A model generated the notes under the pieces. The model was not told the DNA's origin. It worked only from the letters and a program-made list of their open reading frames with translations, and did no database searches. Made by a program: the position numbers and the translations under genes. A stretch of 30,434 bases of DNA from a virus (lineage: Duplodnaviria; Caudoviricetes): positions 1 to 30,434 of the IMG/VR virus record IMGVR_UViG_3300043823_000151; one strand, 5' to 3'. Positions 26,004 through 30,434 of this stretch are shown in pieces. Position 1 is the stretch's first letter. Each line of letters begins with the position of its first letter.

Positions 26004-26030
26004 ACGGCAATCTCCTTAAAGCCATTCGGC

Positions 26031-26219
26031 TTAATCTTCATCATCTTCCGTCAATATGGAATTTATAATGTCAAGGGTTTCAGTAAACCCTTCAATTCGT
26101 CCTATCAGTCTCTGATAGTCTTCATATGAGTTGACATTAACGCCAGCCGTGACGGCATCGGCCAGTTTTTGTTTTTCAGCGCTAATCTCGCCGATTAATT
26201 TAGAAACTGGGTCTCTCAT
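26031..26219 (-). CDS. Small helical hypothetical protein
   Basis: 62 aa, SYEDYQRLIGRIEG; first gene after promoter copy 4. Confidence 0.75.
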   Translation of the reverse strand: MRDPVSKLIGEISAEKQKLADAVTAGVNVNSYEDYQRLIGRIEGFTETLDIINSILTEDDED

Positions 26220-26254
26220 ATAAATAATAATGCATTGGTTTTATTAATCCGCCC
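26219..26254 (-). promoter_or_regulatory. Putative phage late promoter, copy 4
   Basis: GGGC-N16-TGCATTA-TTATTTAT-A(TG). Confidence 0.7.
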
Positions 26255-26272
26255 CAAATGCAATAAAAAGTA

Positions 26273-26488
26273 TTAATAAAAGTTGCCGCCACCGATGCGA
26301 TTCAGGTTCAAATCTGGACCAATTTTCTTGCCAGGTGTCAGCTTAACCTGAGCGGCGCCAACTTTCCAGTTGTTGTCGCGGTGCGAGCCGCCCTTACCCT
26401 TGTCGATGTCGGTCTTGCCGGTATCTCCGGCGTAGCCTGGCGTGCCGGTCATTTTGTATGCCTTGCGAAAGCCTAGTTCTTTTTCCAT
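26273..26488 (-). CDS. Small basic Gly-rich hypothetical protein
   Basis: 71 aa; GAAGGA SD and TAATG overlap with the portal stop. Confidence 0.7.
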   Translation of the reverse strand: MEKELGFRKAYKMTGTPGYAGDTGKTDIDKGKGGSHRDNNWKVGAAQVKLTPGKKIGPDLNLNRIGGGNFY

Positions 26489-29334
26489 TATTGTCCTTCA
26501 GTGGGTTGTTGTGTTTGTGGTTGCGCCGCTATCTGGGCCATCGCGTGCTGGTGCGCCTGATCGGCTTGCTGCATCTGCTGCTCGTGCTGCTGGGCGGCTT
26601 GTCTTAGCTGAGCGCCCTGCTGAGCGGCTTGCTGCGCTGCCTGCTGCGCCATCTGCGCCTGGTGCTGGAACGCCTGCTGCTCAATCTCCAGCCCGTGCTG
26701 GTTAATATCTGTCTGCGCCTCGTGCGATGCCTCTAGTGCGGTCTGGTTTTGCTCGTGCGCCATGGCCATCTGGTCAGATGTCAGGCCAGCCTGAGCGGTG
26801 ATGCTCGCGACCCTCTCTCTTGACGAGTTGTTGATGTCCGCCATAGCAATCTGCGTTGCGTTGCGCTGCGAGTCAATCTGTGACTGCGTTGCGTACTTGG
26901 TCTGCAGGTCCTGAACCTTCTGCTGCAGCTCCGCCACCTTGATTTGGTACGCTTGCTGCTCTTTTTGCATCTCGAACTGCAGGTTCTGCTGCGCCTCAGT
27001 AGCCTTGCGCTGCGTCTCGGCCATCTGCGTCTTCAGAATAACCTGCGCCGTTGGGTCTTGGCCCGCTGCCTGTGCCTGAGCTGCCTGCTGAGCCTGAGCG
27101 ACTTTTTGCGCCAGCGCGTTAACCTGCTGCATGATCTGCTGCATGTTCATCTGCGCGTCCTCGTTGACCATCTGAGAGGCCAGCGCGATCGCTTGCTGCG
27201 CGTCTTGGTTGATCGGCTTCTCGGCGTGCAGGTCGAGAACGTCTCGCCCGCCAGCGGCCTGCGCTACGTAAGAGCGCATGTTTTGTAGGTAGTGCAGCGT
27301 TAAGTGCTGCTTTATGTGCTCTAAGGCGTGCGGTGAGAATGTTGGCCCGATCACAGGGCTTCCGCCATACGCCGGGCTGTTTGCATACTCCAGGTGCACC
27401 TTAATGTGCGCAATATGGTCCTGGTCTGGGTACGCCGCCGCGGGTCTTCCCATGGTCATGGACACGTTCTCGAGCGCTGGATTGGACTCAGACGCCCCGA
27501 GTGGGTTCGGTAGCACCTCATCAATCGCCGTGATCTTCATCTGCTGCATCACCCGGCGGTAGATCGCGCGCAGGTCGAACATTCCAGGTGGCGCACTTGT
27601 CGCCATCTGCAGGATAGCCTGGTTCTGCGCAAGTCTTTGCGTCTCAGAGAAAATATTGGGGTCTGATACGGGCCTGACGTCGCTGTTGTACGCAAAGTCA
27701 CGTACCTCGATCTCCTCGCCGCACTCATTGTCCATCTCGTCCAGGTACCAGTGATTGATACGGGAGATGATCTTGAGCGACTTAGCCTGCGATCTGTGCA
27801 ATCTGGCGTGGATGCTTGAGAACACCTTGGCGCCTTGCTCGATGAGCGCCTGCGTCGTGCCAACTGGCGTGTTATTGTTCGTGTCGGATATCTTTTCCTC
27901 AGAGGTCGTCACAACGCCCTTAGCCGCGTCGGTCAGCCAGCCCAGCAGATTGTAGAGCACGCTTGACGGCGCGTTGAACGGCATCGGCATGGCGATCTTA
28001 CGGATGTCATCAACACCCGGAGCGCCTTCGATCTCCATTACCTGAGTGGGTTCAATCCTATCACTTTGTCCAGATATGCGTCCGCCCTTGAGCTTAAGCA
28101 TAGTCTGGCTGTTGCTGATGTGAGCAGAATCAAGGAGAGCCCTAAGAGTGCCAGTAAGAGCAGCGGCAAGACCGCCAATAAGATGAGGTAGTCCGATAGC
28201 GTAAGCGCCACGCCAAGGAATGAATTTAAACTCGACGTACCAGTCGAGCTTCTCAAGTTTCTCATCGTTAGACTCCCAGTTCCTGCGCAGGGCCAGCACC
28301 TTAGAGCTGGACTCATCAATCGTTAAAATGTACGGCGCGCGGCGACCGTTGGTCAGCGGATCATTCTCCAGGCGCAAGAAGCACGTGATCTCGTACACCC
28401 GGCGCAGCCCGTCAATGTTCTTGGAGGGCATGTCCTTGCCCTCGATCTTGTCGTTCGCCTGCTCAGAGCTTGTCTGGTTGTTCAGCGGTGTGTCGGACGA
28501 GTAGTTCGAGTCAATGTCACGGTAGTCACCGTTCTCGATACGTGACAGGTACGTGTCCTCTGTGATGTCCTGGATCTCGGTGGCCCTTGGGGACGTGTAG
28601 AAGTTCGTCGTTGAGTACGGCAGCAGAATGTTATCAATCGGCACCCACTCACACGTTGGGCGTCTTTGCTCTGCGTCAAATCGCCACTTCAGGAACTGCG
28701 AGCCGCCCAGCGGCAGCTGAGTGAGCAGCTGCTCCATCTCGTCGCGGTACTCTGGGATCTGCTCGGTGAGCTGCCAGTTTAGGAACGTTACCTTGCGGTC
28801 CGCTACCTCTTCCTTGGCCTTGTTCGCCTCGCCCTTGATGTTTGACTTAACAATGCCCTCAGGCGGCAGCAGCTCTTTGGCGGATGACGCGCCGAAGTCA
28901 ACGCAGGCCTCCGCCATGATTGGGTGAACGACTTTGGAGGCTCCGTTAAACGTGGCTCCTCCGGGCGCGTCCTTGCCTAATCCAGTGCGACGAAGCCCGT
29001 CCTCGTACTGCTTATCTCTTTGCTTGCGCGCCTCTGTGTCGACGTCAATAAAATCCAGAAAGTCGTTCGCCAGCTTATCTAGCTCGCTCTCCTCAAGCTC
29101 ATCCGCCATGTTGGCGTAAAAGTCTGGGTCCTCCTGTGGCCCCTTACCCTGCTTCAGGTTGATCACAACCGATCCATCATCAAGCTCGATGACCTCCTGA
29201 TCCGCGGTTTCTTCGTCCAGGCCAAACTCGTCCTCGTACTCGCGAACCTCTTCGTCCTTGGCCGTATCTTGGTCAATTTGGCTTAGCGCGGGTTTGTTTC
29301 TGCCCGCCTGGATCTCTAGTTTAGGTTGTGCCAT
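26488..29334 (-). CDS. Portal protein with a long Q/A-rich C-terminal coiled coil
   Basis: 948 aa; GASKVVHPIMAEA...ELLP..G.VK, LPL.GS.F.K, GLPHLIGG..A.T..LR.L.D and PVSDPN motifs; P22-like barrel tail. Confidence 0.85.
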   Translation of the reverse strand: MAQPKLEIQAGRNKPALSQIDQDTAKDEEVREYEDEFGLDEETADQEVIELDDGSVVINLKQGKGPQEDPDFYANMADELEESELDKLANDFLDFIDVDTEARKQRDKQYEDGLRRTGLGKDAPGGATFNGASKVVHPIMAEACVDFGASSAKELLPPEGIVKSNIKGEANKAKEEVADRKVTFLNWQLTEQIPEYRDEMEQLLTQLPLGGSQFLKWRFDAEQRRPTCEWVPIDNILLPYSTTNFYTSPRATEIQDITEDTYLSRIENGDYRDIDSNYSSDTPLNNQTSSEQANDKIEGKDMPSKNIDGLRRVYEITCFLRLENDPLTNGRRAPYILTIDESSSKVLALRRNWESNDEKLEKLDWYVEFKFIPWRGAYAIGLPHLIGGLAAALTGTLRALLDSAHISNSQTMLKLKGGRISGQSDRIEPTQVMEIEGAPGVDDIRKIAMPMPFNAPSSVLYNLLGWLTDAAKGVVTTSEEKISDTNNNTPVGTTQALIEQGAKVFSSIHARLHRSQAKSLKIISRINHWYLDEMDNECGEEIEVRDFAYNSDVRPVSDPNIFSETQRLAQNQAILQMATSAPPGMFDLRAIYRRVMQQMKITAIDEVLPNPLGASESNPALENVSMTMGRPAAAYPDQDHIAHIKVHLEYANSPAYGGSPVIGPTFSPHALEHIKQHLTLHYLQNMRSYVAQAAGGRDVLDLHAEKPINQDAQQAIALASQMVNEDAQMNMQQIMQQVNALAQKVAQAQQAAQAQAAGQDPTAQVILKTQMAETQRKATEAQQNLQFEMQKEQQAYQIKVAELQQKVQDLQTKYATQSQIDSQRNATQIAMADINNSSRERVASITAQAGLTSDQMAMAHEQNQTALEASHEAQTDINQHGLEIEQQAFQHQAQMAQQAAQQAAQQGAQLRQAAQQHEQQMQQADQAHQHAMAQIAAQPQTQQPTEGQ

Positions 29335-29337
29335 TTG

Positions 29338-30434
29338 TTATTTGGTAGGTAAGTAGCCCATAGCCTGCCGCTTAGCAAGCTCCTCAGGCTCATTTGTGTT
29401 TAGATCTTCGGTGTACGTCGCCAGCTGAGCTGGCACGGATAATTTCATCGGGGTGTAGACCTGCGCTAGGTCACCAAGGCCCTGCAGCGCGTGGCCCCAT
29501 TTTTGTGCGGCGACAGCCTTCGCTGTCTCGTACAGCGGGTCCAGCGCGAACACATGCCCAAAGTGCGGCGCAGCCTTGCTGATCATTCCGCCGTCTGCCG
29601 CGGCGAGTCCGCCGCCGGCCATGCGCTGATTACGAATTTCACCGCCCGTTGATTTGCTGATGTCCGGGTTGGTAATGTCATATGTGCCCTGGTTGCCGAT
29701 CGCTGATTTGATGCGCCGTGGGTCAAACACGCCCAGGTTCTTAACATTACCCTCGCTCATGTACATCGCGTCATGCCCAAGATCTTTTGCGGCACGTATT
29801 ACGTCAGGATGCTCAATTGCGGGCCAATCGCCCTGCGTTAATTCATAGCGCCGAGCGTTTATTGCGTCTTGACCACCTGGCAATTTACCCATTTCGCCCA
29901 ATTTGGACAACATGGCCTCTACGTGTGCTGGGTTTTCATAATCGAACGGATTCTTAACCTGCACATGCAGTGGATACATTGCAGGCGCATAATGCAAACC
30001 GCTCATTGCGTATTCACTAGCAAATTCTGGGCTCGGTGACAAAAATGTCATTTCACGGCCGTTAACTCCTTCATCAGGATTGAACTTGCTGATCCCATGA
30101 TCTGTAAACTTGTTCAATGCCTGAGTGTATGACATGTCGCCGTTTCTGTAGCTTTTTGGTGGGCGACCCGAATTTCCATGGAAGAATAGCCCGGGATCTG
30201 CGCTTTGCTCAAGAAACTTAGCTAAATTTGCATCTCGAAGTTTTTGGGCGGCAAATTTAGCCAACTTTGGCGCATTTTCTGCCAACTCGCTCACCATCCC
30301 CGCTACGCCGCCGCCGGCCATGTGCGTGGGCTCAACCACGCTCGGAAAATCTGTGCTGCCGCCCATCGCGTAATGAAACCTTGGCGGCTCGTAATTGCTG
30401 TAGATCATCGCCGCCACCATATCCGCAGGGGACA
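29338..30434 (-). CDS. Protein with an ART-PolyVal-like (ADP-ribosyltransferase) domain; probably 5'-partial
   Basis: FFHG...FLSP...A.EYA...YP.....KNPFD...GHDA...VFDP..IKSAIGNQGTYD..NPDI; the frame stays open from the ATG at 30420 to the window edge. Confidence 0.65.
   Translation of the reverse strand, partial: SPADMVAAMIYSNYEPPRFHYAMGGSTDFPSVVEPTHMAGGGVAGMVSELAENAPKLAKFAAQKLRDANLAKFLEQSADPGLFFHGNSGRPPKSYRNGDMSYTQALNKFTDHGISKFNPDEGVNGREMTFLSPSPEFASEYAMSGLHYAPAMYPLHVQVKNPFDYENPAHVEAMLSKLGEMGKLPGGQDAINARRYELTQGDWPAIEHPDVIRAAKDLGHDAMYMSEGNVKNLGVFDPRRIKSAIGNQGTYDITNPDISKSTGGEIRNQRMAGGGLAAADGGMISKAAPHFGHVFALDPLYETAKAVAAQKWGHALQGLGDLAQVYTPMKLSVPAQLATYTEDLNTNEPEELAKRQAMGYLPTK

Noticed and set aside
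26500-27130. Q/A-rich low-complexity stretch as a separate repeat element
   Set aside because: It is the in-frame coiled-coil tail of the portal protein.
18-29848. Many plus-strand ORFs and short nested minus-strand ORFs in the track
   Set aside because: They overlap a tightly coupled set of minus-strand genes and show no recognisable motifs.

Overview
A 30.4-kb segment of a tailed dsDNA phage (podovirus-like layout) containing the late/structural region. Every credible gene is on the minus strand. In transcription order: ART-PolyVal-like protein, portal, two small ORFs, GroES, scaffold, two head genes, major capsid protein, a terminator-bounded HNH plus acidic-protein cassette, virion and fibre genes with three receptor-binding modules, a lysis module (3-TM holin, GH24 endolysin), a Lys-rich protein, adaptor and nozzle-like tail proteins, a cupin, and ejection-type proteins ending in a lytic-transglycosylase protein that runs off the window. 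Most notable observations: (1) four copies of a bipartite GGGC-N16/17-TGCATTA-N8-A promoter-like motif; (2) a short xxxGG peptide motif shared by three unrelated proteins and bracketing the ART-like domain; (3) an A9 slippery run whose -1 frame adds a 65-aa transmembrane tail in the lysis module; (4) a leaderless, extended -10-driven HNH gene paired with an extremely acidic protein; (5) a structured RNA leader; (6) shared terminal motifs suggesting plug-and-socket fibre assembly. All functional calls come from motif recognition and gene order, not database searches.
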